Assembly (NCBI GenBank): GCA_963806225.1
Contig: CAWDXG010000004.1
Coordinates: forward strand, 448,001-512,000
DNA from: an uncultured delta proteobacterium
GTDB lineage: Bacteria; Myxococcota_A; Polyangia; Polyangiales; Polyangiaceae
Length of the DNA: 64,000 bases
Reading direction: 5' to 3'
Under the pieces are notes generated by a model. It was not told where the DNA came from and did no database searches. It saw only the letters and a program-made list of their open reading frames with translations. Positions 1 to 11,015 of the stretch are shown here, piece by piece. A program made the position numbers and the translations under genes. Position 1 is the stretch's first letter, and the number at the start of each line of letters is the position of its first letter.

Positions 1-104
1 CCAGGCGCATCCCGAAGCGCTCCGCCTGGCGCGAGCAGCCACGCGACCGCTGGCGCCAGAGCTGCCGCAGCGACGGCTCGCGTCCAGCTCTGTTGCATCC
101 CTCT

Positions 105-152
105 ACAAAACAGCAAAGCCCCCGCCCGTCCAGTGGGACGGGCCGAGGCCTT
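105..152 (-). terminator. Probable intrinsic terminator after the major pilin gene
   Basis: Stem GCCCGTCC(124-131)/GGACGGGC(136-143) with a 4-nt loop, followed on the minus strand by GCTTTGCTGTTTTG, just past the stop at 177. Confidence 0.65.
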
Positions 153-176
153 GGCTGACCAGCAACGAAGCGAGAA

Positions 177-764
177 CTACTCTTCCGGACTCGTCGACTG
201 GATGTTCGGTGCGATGTTCACCACGAGGCCGCCGCTCGAGCCCTTCTGGATCTTGCCGTCAAGCTCGAAGGTCGAGAGGACGCCGTCGCCGTTCAGGTCG
301 CCATGAGCCAGGGTCTGGAAGGTGTCGTCGGCAGCGCCGTCCGTACCCGTGCTCTTGTAGTCGTACATGTAGTACTGCGGATCGTCCATCGAGAAGTGCA
401 GACACTGCCAGCCGGCCTGCGCGCTGCCCTGGTTCCACTCGGCCGGCGAGGACTGGTACTTCTTGCCCTGGATGCTGGCCTTGCTGGACGGGATCTTGTT
501 GGTTGCGGCACCGCAGAGCCTATTGATGACCGCGGTGCTGCCCTTCAGCGGCAACACCGTTCCCGCCATGCCCTCGCGGTTGAAGGCCGAAGAGGCGTCC
601 TTCGCCATCTGACCCAGCGAGTTGCGCGCCTCTGCCGTCTTCGAGTTGGCGATGTACTTGCGGACGCCGTAGATGGCGAGCGCGGCAAGGACGCCGATGA
701 TGGCGACCACGATCATCAGCTCCACCAGCGTGAAGCCTCGCTTGAGTGCTCGTCGTGCGTTCAT
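177..764 (-). CDS. pilA: Type IV major pilin
   Basis: Class III signal KRG/FTLVELMIVVAIIGVLAALA with E5; strong AAGGAG RBS; downstream terminator. Confidence 0.9.
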   Translation of the reverse strand: MNARRALKRGFTLVELMIVVAIIGVLAALAIYGVRKYIANSKTAEARNSLGQMAKDASSAFNREGMAGTVLPLKGSTAVINRLCGAATNKIPSSKASIQGKKYQSSPAEWNQGSAQAGWQCLHFSMDDPQYYMYDYKSTGTDGAADDTFQTLAHGDLNGDGVLSTFELDGKIQKGSSGGLVVNIAPNIQSTSPEE

Positions 765-887
765 ATTCTTGTCTCCTTTTCGAACCTTCTGCTGGGTGAA
801 GCCATGCTGTCGTCGCGGCGGGCCACCCGTGTCCCACTCGCTTCCTGAACCCGTCGCTCCGTGGAACGACCTTGGATTTCGTACTGC

Positions 888-1436
888 CTATTCCGACTCG
901 TTCTCGGAGTAGATCTCGTTCGTGAAGCTGGAGCTCACGAAGATCGACTGGACGCCGTCTCCGTTCACGTCCCCAACGGCCTTGACGACGTACCAGGGGT
1001 CCGTCGTTTTCGGCCAATTGAAGGTGTGCTGTTTCGTGCCCGGGCTGGGCGGCGTCGCCCCAGCTGCTCCGGCAACCACGGCGTAGCCGTACTGAACGGG
1101 GCCGCTCGCCTGCACCCCCAGCTGCATCCACTTGTTGTAGTTCTTGCCGCTGGGGTACCCCCAATTCCGCTTGACCTTTCCCGGCGGATCGTTGGGGTAG
1201 TACGTGTCGAGGTTCGTCGAGACGTCGAGGTACACGTACGTCTCGTCGCGGAACGCTTCCTCCGCGGACTTGATCGAGCCGATCATGTTGGTCGCCTCGC
1301 TCGACTTCGCCGCGAAGATGTACTTGCGCACACCAATCGTCGCGAGCGTCGCCAGGATCCCCACGATCACCACCACCGCCAGCAGCTCGGCGAGAGTGAA
1401 GCCTCTCTGTAGCGATTTGCGGGGGCGGTGGTTCAT
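888..1436 (-). CDS. Type IV pilin paralog 2
   Basis: QRG/FTLAELLAVVVIVGILA; ATG 1436 chosen because a sigma54 promoter overlaps the upstream ATG. Confidence 0.85.
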   Translation of the reverse strand: MNHRPRKSLQRGFTLAELLAVVVIVGILATLATIGVRKYIFAAKSSEATNMIGSIKSAEEAFRDETYVYLDVSTNLDTYYPNDPPGKVKRNWGYPSGKNYNKWMQLGVQASGPVQYGYAVVAGAAGATPPSPGTKQHTFNWPKTTDPWYVVKAVGDVNGDGVQSIFVSSSFTNEIYSENESE

Positions 1437-1454
1437 CGGACTCGTGGCCAGGGA

Positions 1455-1471
1455 TTGCAGCATCTGTGCCA
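1455..1471 (-). promoter_or_regulatory. sigma54 -24/-12 promoter of pilin 2
   Basis: TGGCACAGATGCTGCAA with exact GG-N10-GC spacing; NtrC-family activator nearby. Confidence 0.8.
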
Positions 1472-1675
1472 CGGACATTTTCCACGAGATCCGGATCACG
1501 CACCAGATATCGGCCTTCCGTGTCAGCGGGCAGCGACGAAAATCGTCACCCCGACCACCCGCGGTGACGTTGAGCGTCACCCGCGTGTAGCCCCCCTGCC
1601 TACTGCGCCCCACGCGCACCTACATGCGAGCCGCGGCGTGCTGCCGAGCACGCTCCTCCGCCGGACACGCGAGCG

Positions 1676-2243
1676 CTACTCGCCCTCGTTCTCGCGGTAG
1701 ATCTCGTCACTGAGGCTGGACGCGGCGTACTTCGCGAACACGCCGTCGCCGTCCGCATCGGCCTTCGCCATGATGACGTACCAGGGCTGTTGCATCTGCG
1801 GCCAGACGGGCGGGTCCGTGATGTCCAGCTTCGGCGGCGTGGTGAAAGGCGGCCCGGCCTTGACCACGTAGCCGAACTGCACGGGGCCGGCGACGGTGGG
1901 ACCGAGCAGCCGCCACTTCTGGTAGTCGTTGCCGCTGGACTGGTCCCAGCCGTAGAGCTTCTTCCCCGGGGTCTTCATCGGGTACCAGCTCGTCATCGAC
2001 GTCGAGACATCGAGATAGGTCTGGTTTTCGGACCGCCAGCGCTCTTCGGCTGCGCGGATGCTCTGGATCATGGACAGGGCTTCCACGCTCTTGGAAGACG
2101 AGACGTACTTGCGGAACAGCATGACCCCGATGATGGCCAGGATGCTGACGATCATGACGACCACCATCAGCTCCACGAGGGTGAAGCCACGAAGCGCACG
2201 CCTGGGGCGGCGCGGACGTTCTGGAGCTGGGCAGCGGATTCAT
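1676..2243 (-). CDS. Type IV pilin paralog 3 (1-nt frameshift in leader)
   Basis: RRALRG/FTLVELMVVVMIVSILA in frame with ORF 1676..2176; the likely ATG at 2243 (MNPLPSS) is one base out of frame. Confidence 0.8.
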
Positions 2244-2267
2244 CGGGACCTCGCGTGCGACGCAGCG

Positions 2268-2283
2268 TGCAGGCTCCATGCCA
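2268..2283 (-). promoter_or_regulatory. sigma54 -24/-12 promoter of pilin 3
   Basis: TGGCATGGAGCCTGCA with GG-N10-GC spacing, about 25 nt upstream of ATG 2243. Confidence 0.75.
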
Positions 2284-2468
2284 CATGAAACCACAAGCGC
2301 GGGGCGCGCAGTATTGCTGATGGTACCAGGCACGCGGCACGCCGGCCATTCTGCAGCCGCCCGACGCGTCGCCGCGCGGCAGGCTCTTCGTTCGCTCGCG
2401 CAAGAGCGCGGTAAGCCAGGGCTTTTTCATCTCCTGGCGGACCGGCTCGGGGGCGTCACACGCGGCAG

Positions 2469-3881
<1,413 letters not shown>

Positions 3882-4106
3882 GGGGGGCACCGCAGAGCGC
3901 ATACGAACCGGGAACATAGCGCGCCCGCCGGCTGGGCTCCAAAGAGCGCGAGGGGGCCCGCTCCCCCTCCCTCGCCCGAGGATTGTCTGGAGGCTCCCCG
4001 GCCCCTCCCCGCCCAGGCTCCCCGGCCATCCCGACAGGAAGTCCAAGCTTGCTTGTTGCCCCGAACGGTCTACGCTTGAATCCTGCTCTTGTACTTGTCT
4101 GATCGC

Positions 4107-5774
4107 ATGCTTCCGCGAAACTGCTTGCTGCGGGGGTGGCTGTGCGCGTGTGCGGCCCTGGTGGCACTCGTGTCGCTGCCGGCCTGCGGCTCCAGTGCTG
4201 ACAGCGGTGCGCCGTTCACCAGCGGGGGCAGCGGAGGCGGGAGCGGCAACACGGGACTACCCACCTCGCTCTCCTTCGAGCCTTCGGCAACTCTGGCACT
4301 CTCCCCGGGCGAACAGCGCACGCTCCGAGTGGTGGCCAAGCCCGCCGCCGAATATCACATCCGCTTCGCGCTGATCGGCGAGGCTGGCAACGCCGCGCTC
4401 GACTTGAGCGAGGTCGATTCGAACGCGCAGGGCATCGCCGAGGTGGGCCTGACCGCTCCCACCACGCCAGCGACCTTCCGTGTCCGCGCGTCCGTGGGGA
4501 CGAGCGCAAGCGCGGAGGCAGCCGTCTCGGTGAGCGCAGGGGGATTCGTGACCCTCGTCGTCCATCCAGACTACGGAGGCCAGCGTCTCAAGTGGGGCGA
4601 CCGCTGGGTTGCCAGCGTGCGCGCAGGAACCGACTGCGCGTCGCTGACGGGCACCCCTCCCCCGGATGGCGACCTCAAAGCCACCAGCGAAGTTGCCCAG
4701 AATCTCTTCTTCAAGGACCCGCAGATCGACTCGGTGCCGGTCGGCCCGACCCTGACCGTCACAGTCCGGGCGGGTCATTTCGCCGGCGGCTGCGTGGACG
4801 TCCCGCCCCTGGTTGCCGGCCAGCCGAACACGGTGACCGTGCCTGTCGCGGATCGACCGATGCAGCTCGACCAGACAGACCTCGGCGTCGAGCTCGGCAT
4901 CGACACGTCTTCGCCAGAGTGGGCGCAGACGATCTCCACCACCATCAACAACACCGCCGATGCGATGGTAGGCGGAGCCGCCGACGACGTCGTTGCCCTG
5001 CTCGACGCCATGCACACCGCGCTGGGACAGTCGGCGGATGCGACGGCATTCTCGCAGGCCCGCTCGAAGGACGGTTGGGACTCGCTGCTCTACGCAGTGC
5101 TCGGCACCGGCGCCAGCCACGTGGTCCGCACACCGGTCGAGGGCTGGCTCACTTCCGGCGCAGCGACGTTCGGCGGCTCCGGAACTTTCACCGGGCATCT
5201 GGACGGCAAGGGGCAGGACCCCGGCAAGGCTGAGCTGACGCTTTCGAGCGTCGCCGGTCTGCCCCCGGGGAGCGTCGGGTCGCCGACGGACCTCGGCGCG
5301 GTATCCTGGAGCGCCGATCCGGGCGATACCGTCCTGCTCGGTGCCCAGCTGTCGTGGATGCCGTCGCTGCTGGTCACCTCGCTCGCGCTCGCGCCGGCAC
5401 GAGCGGACGTGCCGGCGGCGGCCACCGTGCCGGAAGCCCTGGCCGACCAGGTGGACTGCACCGCTATCGGCAGCGCGCTGGCGGCCGCCGGGTCCAACCA
5501 GACCGAGGCCTACCCGGGTTGCGACGCAACGTGCGCAGCGGCGCTCTGCGGCAACGGGCTTGTCGTAATGTGGGATCGCGCTCGCAAGAGCTCCGCGGCG
5601 AACGTGGAAGCTGCGACGCTCGACATCAGCGCCACCGGCGCGGTCGACTCGGTAGACGACGTGGCGCGTCCGACGCACTTCGACGGGAGCTGGGTGGGCA
5701 AGCTCTCGATCGGGCAGATGCTGCTGTCGGTGGGTGGCCCCGCCACGGGCTACTCGCAGCCTTCGCCGCCCTGA
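4107..5774 (+). CDS. Hypothetical lipoprotein, Cys-containing, beta-rich N-terminal half
   Basis: Hydrophobic leader with lipobox LPAC, Gly linker; long ORF. Confidence 0.7.
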   Translation: MLPRNCLLRGWLCACAALVALVSLPACGSSADSGAPFTSGGSGGGSGNTGLPTSLSFEPSATLALSPGEQRTLRVVAKPAAEYHIRFALIGEAGNAALDLSEVDSNAQGIAEVGLTAPTTPATFRVRASVGTSASAEAAVSVSAGGFVTLVVHPDYGGQRLKWGDRWVASVRAGTDCASLTGTPPPDGDLKATSEVAQNLFFKDPQIDSVPVGPTLTVTVRAGHFAGGCVDVPPLVAGQPNTVTVPVADRPMQLDQTDLGVELGIDTSSPEWAQTISTTINNTADAMVGGAADDVVALLDAMHTALGQSADATAFSQARSKDGWDSLLYAVLGTGASHVVRTPVEGWLTSGAATFGGSGTFTGHLDGKGQDPGKAELTLSSVAGLPPGSVGSPTDLGAVSWSADPGDTVLLGAQLSWMPSLLVTSLALAPARADVPAAATVPEALADQVDCTAIGSALAAAGSNQTEAYPGCDATCAAALCGNGLVVMWDRARKSSAANVEAATLDISATGAVDSVDDVARPTHFDGSWVGKLSIGQMLLSVGGPATGYSQPSPP

Positions 5775-5887
5775 GACGCGCACGCGCACGCGCCGGGCTC
5801 CAGAGCGCGCCGACCTTGCGCGGGGGAGCGCGCGACCTATGCTGGCCGGCACGTCAGAGCCCAGGAGCGCCGCAAGGAGGAGGGAAC

Positions 5888-7465
5888 ATGGGTACCGTCA
5901 GCTCGATCGAGGCCAAGAAGACCAACAATGGCAGCGAAGCCGCCCACGAGCCGTGTGCGCGCATCCAGAGCTACGCGCCCGCCAACGGCGAGCTCGTCGG
6001 CGAGGCGCCGGTGCTGGGCAGAGAGCAGGTTCGTGCCGCGGTAGAGCGGGCCCGCGTGGCACAGAAGGCGTGGGGCGTGCTGCCCGTCGCGGAGCGCGCC
6101 GAGCGCATCCTGCGTTTCCGCGACGCGATGATCGAGCACGCGGATGACATCGTCGCCCTGCTCAGCCGCGAGACGGGCAAGCCGCAGCCCGAAGCGCTCT
6201 CCCACGAGCTGTTCACTCTCGCCAACGTCGTCACCTGGTACGCCAAGCACGCGCCCGCGATCCTGGCGCCGCGCGATGTGCCGCTGCACCTGCTCAAGCA
6301 CCGGAAGAGCGAGGTCCACTACATCCCACGCGGCGTCATCGGCGTAATTTCTCCATGGAACTACCCGCTCGTGATCCCGTTCGGCGACGCCGTCGCAGCG
6401 CTGATCAGCGGCTCCGCCGTGGTCATCAAGCCGAGCGAAGTCACGCCGATGATTGCGCTCGAGATGAAGAAGGTGTGGGACCAGAGCGGTCTGCCGGAGG
6501 ACCTGCTCTCGGTGGTCACGGGCTACGCCGAGACGGGGTCGGCATTGATCGACGCGGGGGTCCAGAAGATCGTGTTCACCGGCGGCGTCGCCACCGGGCG
6601 CCGCGTCGCGGCCGCCTGCGGCGAACGGCTCATCCCCTGCGTGATGGAGCTCGGCGGCAAGGCGCCGTGCATCGTCACCGACGACGCGGACCTCGAACGC
6701 GCAGCGCAGGCCATCACCTTCGCCGGCTTCACGAACAGCGGGCAGGTCTGTATCTCGGTCGAGCGCGTGTACGCGCACCGCGACATCTACGATCGGCTGG
6801 TCGACCGCGTAACCGAGCTGACCGGCAAGCTGCGCCAGGGCGACCCGGCGAAGCAGACGGTGGACGTGGGCGCCATCATCTTCCCGCGGCAGATCGAGAT
6901 CGCCGAGAAGCACATCGCCGACGCTGTCGCCAAGGGAGCCAAGCTGCGTACCGGTGGCAAGCGCCCCGCGCTCGACGGTCAATTCTTCGAACCGACGGTG
7001 CTGGCCGACTGCAGCGAGGACATGACCGTCATGCGCGAGGAGATCTTCGGTCCCATCGTGCCGTTCATGAAGATCGATAGCGATGAGCAGGGCATCGAGC
7101 TGGCCAACGCGTCCGAGCTCGGTCTGAACGCCTACGTCTTCAGCGGCAGCCGCGACCGTGCGAGAATGATCGCCGAACGCGTGCAGGCGGGCAGCGTACT
7201 GGTGAACGACGTTCTGACGAACTATGCCTGTCCGGAGACGCCGTTCGGAGGCATCAAGAACAGCGGCTTCGGCCGGGTGCACGGCGAAGACGCGCTGCGC
7301 GACATGTGCGAGGTCCGGCACATCTCGTTCGACCGCGTGCGCCCCCCGAGCCGCGATCCGATCTGGTTCCCGTACTCCGAAAAGGCCTACCGGTGGGCGC
7401 TCAAGGGCACGAAGGCGCTGTTCGGCGGGCGCGGAGTCGTCGCCCGACTGGGCAAGCTCCTGTAG
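5888..7465 (+). CDS. NAD(P)-dependent aldehyde dehydrogenase
   Basis: ISPWNYP, KPSE, FTGG, MELGGK (catalytic Glu), NSGQVC (catalytic Cys), EEIFGP; RBS GGAGG. Confidence 0.93.
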   Translation: MGTVSSIEAKKTNNGSEAAHEPCARIQSYAPANGELVGEAPVLGREQVRAAVERARVAQKAWGVLPVAERAERILRFRDAMIEHADDIVALLSRETGKPQPEALSHELFTLANVVTWYAKHAPAILAPRDVPLHLLKHRKSEVHYIPRGVIGVISPWNYPLVIPFGDAVAALISGSAVVIKPSEVTPMIALEMKKVWDQSGLPEDLLSVVTGYAETGSALIDAGVQKIVFTGGVATGRRVAAACGERLIPCVMELGGKAPCIVTDDADLERAAQAITFAGFTNSGQVCISVERVYAHRDIYDRLVDRVTELTGKLRQGDPAKQTVDVGAIIFPRQIEIAEKHIADAVAKGAKLRTGGKRPALDGQFFEPTVLADCSEDMTVMREEIFGPIVPFMKIDSDEQGIELANASELGLNAYVFSGSRDRARMIAERVQAGSVLVNDVLTNYACPETPFGGIKNSGFGRVHGEDALRDMCEVRHISFDRVRPPSRDPIWFPYSEKAYRWALKGTKALFGGRGVVARLGKLL

Positions 7466-7486
7466 CCGCGCACCTTCGGCCCGGGC

Positions 7487-8731
7487 TCAAAGCTCGTTGC
7501 GGGACAGGCGCGCCTGGATGACGAACGCGTACGCCGCCAGCGCCTCGTTTGCGGAAATCGCGCGACCCGAGCGCGACTCGCGCACCAGCGCGCGGAAGCG
7601 CAGGTAGCGCGGGCCGTCGAGGCCGAGCAGCATCGCCACGGTCGCCGGGTCGCGCGGCGCGTCGGCCGTGCTGCCGAGCAGTGTCGCGGCGCTCGCCAGC
7701 ACGCGGGATACCAGTTGATCAGCAAGCGCCACCGCGCTTTCGAACTCCGTCCGCGCCAGCGCGGTCTCGAGCTCGCGCACGGTGTCCTGCTCGGCCGCGG
7801 GCCAGAGCACAGAGAAGCTAGCCACCTCTCTGGACAGCTCGCTGCGTGGTGGTTCGTCCGGCGCCCCCACCGGTCCGGGGAACGTCTCGGCCCGGGGACG
7901 ATACGGAGCCGGCGCCACGCCGGGCGAGGGTGGCGTGGCTTCGCGGCGCGCCGACCGGTCCGCGTTGGCCGGGGTCACACCGGGCTCGGCTCCCGCGGCG
8001 ACCGCCAGCTCCACCTGCTCCTCCGCCGCGGCGCGCGTCGGCGCAACGACGGGCCGGGCCCCGCTGCTGTCGGCGCGCCGGAGCGCCTCCGCGAGGCCTT
8101 CTTCCGGCAGTTCGAGCGCCTGCCCCGCCGCGCGCCGCTGTTCCGGCATGCGCCGCTCGAAGTCGTCGAGCACGGTACGCGCGATGGCTTCCAGTGCCTC
8201 GAACACCCCATCTCCGCGCGTCGCCACGGTGGCAAATGACGGCACGCCGTAGCGGTTGAGCTTCGGCTCGAGCTCCTCGACCGGCACCACATCGCCCAGG
8301 TCGCGCTTGTTGTGCTGGATGACGTGGGGGATCTCCTCGAGCGAGCGGCCGTGCTCGCGCAGGTTGTCGCGGAGATTGTCCAGGCTCTCGAGATTGGCGT
8401 CGAAGCGGGCTCGCTGCGAATCCACGACCAGCACCACACCGTCTGCGCCCGTGAGCACCAGCTTGCGCGTCGCGTTGTAGTAGACCTGCCCCGGAACCGT
8501 GAAAAGCTGCAGCCGCACGGCCAGCCCGCGGACGTTCGGCACGCGGATCGGCAGAAAGTCGAAGTAGAGCGTGCGGTCGACCGGGGTCGCCAGGCTCACC
8601 ATCTTGCCGCGGTGCTCCGCCTTGGTGTTGGCGTGGATGTACTGGAGCGTGGTCGTCTTCCCGCCAAGCCCAGGCCCGTAGTAGACGATCTTGAAGACGA
8701 GCTCCCGCGCCAGCGGGTTCACGACGGGCAT
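7487..8731 (-). CDS. MglA-family small GTPase with long C-terminal extension
   Basis: KIVYYGPGLGGKTT, RTLYFDF, TVPGQ, NKRD; about 215 extra C-terminal residues. Confidence 0.88.
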   Translation of the reverse strand: MPVVNPLARELVFKIVYYGPGLGGKTTTLQYIHANTKAEHRGKMVSLATPVDRTLYFDFLPIRVPNVRGLAVRLQLFTVPGQVYYNATRKLVLTGADGVVLVVDSQRARFDANLESLDNLRDNLREHGRSLEEIPHVIQHNKRDLGDVVPVEELEPKLNRYGVPSFATVATRGDGVFEALEAIARTVLDDFERRMPEQRRAAGQALELPEEGLAEALRRADSSGARPVVAPTRAAAEEQVELAVAAGAEPGVTPANADRSARREATPPSPGVAPAPYRPRAETFPGPVGAPDEPPRSELSREVASFSVLWPAAEQDTVRELETALARTEFESAVALADQLVSRVLASAATLLGSTADAPRDPATVAMLLGLDGPRYLRFRALVRESRSGRAISANEALAAYAFVIQARLSRNEL

Positions 8732-8753
8732 GGCGACCGAGGATATCCGAAAA

Positions 8754-9602
8754 TCAGTACTGCATCCCGAGTTTGATCTCCTGGCGCCGCACCATCTTCC
8801 AATAGGGCGAACGCTGCGCCAGCACCACGGACGCCAGGCTCGCCACGACCAGACCGGCCGCGATCCAGCCGAGCAGCTTCGCGCGACGCCAGGGACGCGC
8901 TTCCTTGTAGAACAGATAGCCGAGCGGCGCTCCGGAGATCCCACCGACGGCGTGCGCGATGTTGTTCACCGGCATCGCCAGCGAGAAGATCACCGTGTAG
9001 ATGACGACCCGTCCCAGAAACTGCTTCCAGATCGGATCGCGCTTCGCGTAGAGGTACCCGACCAGCGCGCCGATCAGCCCGAATAGCCCGCCGCTGGCGC
9101 CGCCCGTCGCGGGCGAGATCGGCTGCATCGAGTACCAGAACCCGCTGGCTGCGAACCCGACGAAGCCCGTCACCACGAAGATGATGCAGAAACGCGCCGA
9201 GCCGAGCCGCGGCTCGAGGGCGCGGCCCAGGTCCCACAGCGCCCACATATTGAGGCCCAGGTGCAACAGGCCGAAGTGGAAGAAACACGCGGACAGATAG
9301 CGCCACGGCTCCACGCGTCCCAGCGGCGCGATCAGCGCGCCGAACCGGAGCTCGGTCGAGCGCGCGTAGCCGCCGAAGATCTGGAACTTGTGCGCGTCCA
9401 GGGTCGTGAGAGCGAACACCAGCACACACAGGCCGATGAACAGCTTCGTCAGCTGCAGCTCCCGCCCCAGAACGGAGTGGTACAGATCCACCGCGCCGCG
9501 GGCCAGCGGCCCTGGAAAGGCCCGGCCACAGCGGTAGCAGCGCGTCTCGTGGGCGCTGTTCAGGGCTCCGCAGTGGGGGCAGACGCGCGAGCTGTGGGCC
9601 AT
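8754..9602 (-). CDS. Rhomboid intramembrane serine protease with N-terminal zinc ribbon
   Basis: CPHC..CYRC; WR motif, HFGLLHLGLN, GASGG, AHAVG. Confidence 0.9.
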   Translation of the reverse strand: MAHSSRVCPHCGALNSAHETRCYRCGRAFPGPLARGAVDLYHSVLGRELQLTKLFIGLCVLVFALTTLDAHKFQIFGGYARSTELRFGALIAPLGRVEPWRYLSACFFHFGLLHLGLNMWALWDLGRALEPRLGSARFCIIFVVTGFVGFAASGFWYSMQPISPATGGASGGLFGLIGALVGYLYAKRDPIWKQFLGRVVIYTVIFSLAMPVNNIAHAVGGISGAPLGYLFYKEARPWRRAKLLGWIAAGLVVASLASVVLAQRSPYWKMVRRQEIKLGMQY

Positions 9603-9717
9603 GTGAGCCGGTCCGATCTGCGGGCTCGCGAGCTGGATCGCAAGTCGAATCCGCACTGTGGGCAGGATCTGCAGCGATCAAGCGTAAGGCGGCACCGCTC
9701 TGGCCCGTTGTCCGGGC

Positions 9718-10425
9718 ATGACAATGGGCGCCGCAGCCTGGGCCTTTCCGGCCACCCTGCCCGGAGCGCTGACCGGCGGCCGGACGCCTCTTGTCGAGCC
9801 CCGGGCCGCGCTCTTGTGTAGAGTCGCCGGCGTGGCGGAGCCGGACGAGGAGCTGGCGGCGGAACGGCGCCTGTGCGAGCAAGCGCAGGCCGGCGACCGC
9901 GCGGCGCTGGGCGAGATACTCAGGCGCCACGGACCCCGGCTGTTCCGCAGCGTGCTGTTGCCCCGACTCGGCAGCACCGCCGCCGCAGAAGAGGCCCTCT
10001 CCGTCACGTACATGAAGGTCGTAGAGCGGTTCAGCCAGTTCTCCTGGCAGAACGTCGGCGTCTACCCCTGGCTGCGCGTGGTCGCGCTCCGGGTTGCACT
10101 CGACCAGCTCCGGGCCCGCAAGCGCGAGGTGCTGTTCGAGCCCAGCGACATCGAGCGCGAGCTGGACGCGAGCGACAGCGACCCGCAGGACGCCGAGCTC
10201 ATCGAGAAGCAGGATCTGGCGCTCGCCCGGGAGCGTGTCGAGCGCCTGCTGTCGCGCATCAACCCGCGCTACGCCACCGCCATCCGCCTGCGGGTGCTGG
10301 AGGAGCGCTCGCGGGAGGAAGCGGCGGGGCAGCTCGAGGTCAGCGTGGCAACATTCGACGTGGTACTGCATCGAGCGATGGCGGCCCTCCGCAAGGCGCT
10401 CGCAGCCGAAATGGGCGACTCATGA
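9718..10425 (+). CDS. ECF sigma factor (start may be GTG near 9832)
   Basis: AQAGDRAAL, AEEALSVTY, WLRVVA region 2; EEAAGQLEVS..V.LHRA region 4. Confidence 0.88.
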   Translation: MTMGAAAWAFPATLPGALTGGRTPLVEPRAALLCRVAGVAEPDEELAAERRLCEQAQAGDRAALGEILRRHGPRLFRSVLLPRLGSTAAAEEALSVTYMKVVERFSQFSWQNVGVYPWLRVVALRVALDQLRARKREVLFEPSDIERELDASDSDPQDAELIEKQDLALARERVERLLSRINPRYATAIRLRVLEERSREEAAGQLEVSVATFDVVLHRAMAALRKALAAEMGDS

Positions 10426-11015
10426 GCCAGCGATCGGACAATCCCACCGGAAGCGACCTGCTTTCTCCCGAGCAGGACCGGGAGCTCGCCCTCGCGCTCC
10501 AGGCCGCGTGGGCGCCGGCGGAGCTCGACCCGGCGCTCAACGAGATGCTGATCGAAGCGGCGCTGGAGGACCCCTTCGCGGAACCGAGCGAGGAGGAAGT
10601 CGCCGAGAGCGAGCGGCTGCGGCAGGCGCTCGACGGAGAAGGCGAGCACCCCGATGCGGCGTTGGCGCGCGCGCTGGCGCTGGCGCACGCACCGCCCGGA
10701 TTGACGGAAGAGCAGAACCGCGGTCTGGCGCGCCACGCGCTGGCACGCCGGTCCAACGTCATCTATGTCGCATTCGGCGCGGCGGCGACCCTGGTAGCAG
10801 CTGCCGCTGCTGTGTTGCTGTTCCTGTTCCCGGCGTCGCGGAGTGCCACTCCTACGAATCGCCAGGTCGAGAAGATCGCCGTCTCGCGTTCGACCGTGCC
10901 GCTGTTCGACAAGAAGTTCGATACGGCCGACACGACAGCTCGAATCGACCGTATCGCCAGCGCGCGCGCGCGCGATCTCAGGCGGAACCAGTACGCGATG
11001 TGGGGTGTGCGGTGA
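10422..11015 (+). CDS. Putative single-TM anti-sigma factor
   Basis: ATGA overlap with ECF sigma stop; acidic N-terminus, one TM (VIYVAFGAAATLVAAAAAVLLFLF). Confidence 0.6.
   Translation: MSQRSDNPTGSDLLSPEQDRELALALQAAWAPAELDPALNEMLIEAALEDPFAEPSEEEVAESERLRQALDGEGEHPDAALARALALAHAPPGLTEEQNRGLARHALARRSNVIYVAFGAAATLVAAAAAVLLFLFPASRSATPTNRQVEKIAVSRSTVPLFDKKFDTADTTARIDRIASARARDLRRNQYAMWGVR

Noticed and set aside
822..838. Third sigma54 promoter before pilA (TGGGACACGGGTGGC)
   Set aside because: Spacing fits but both boxes mismatch the consensus; too weak in GC-rich DNA
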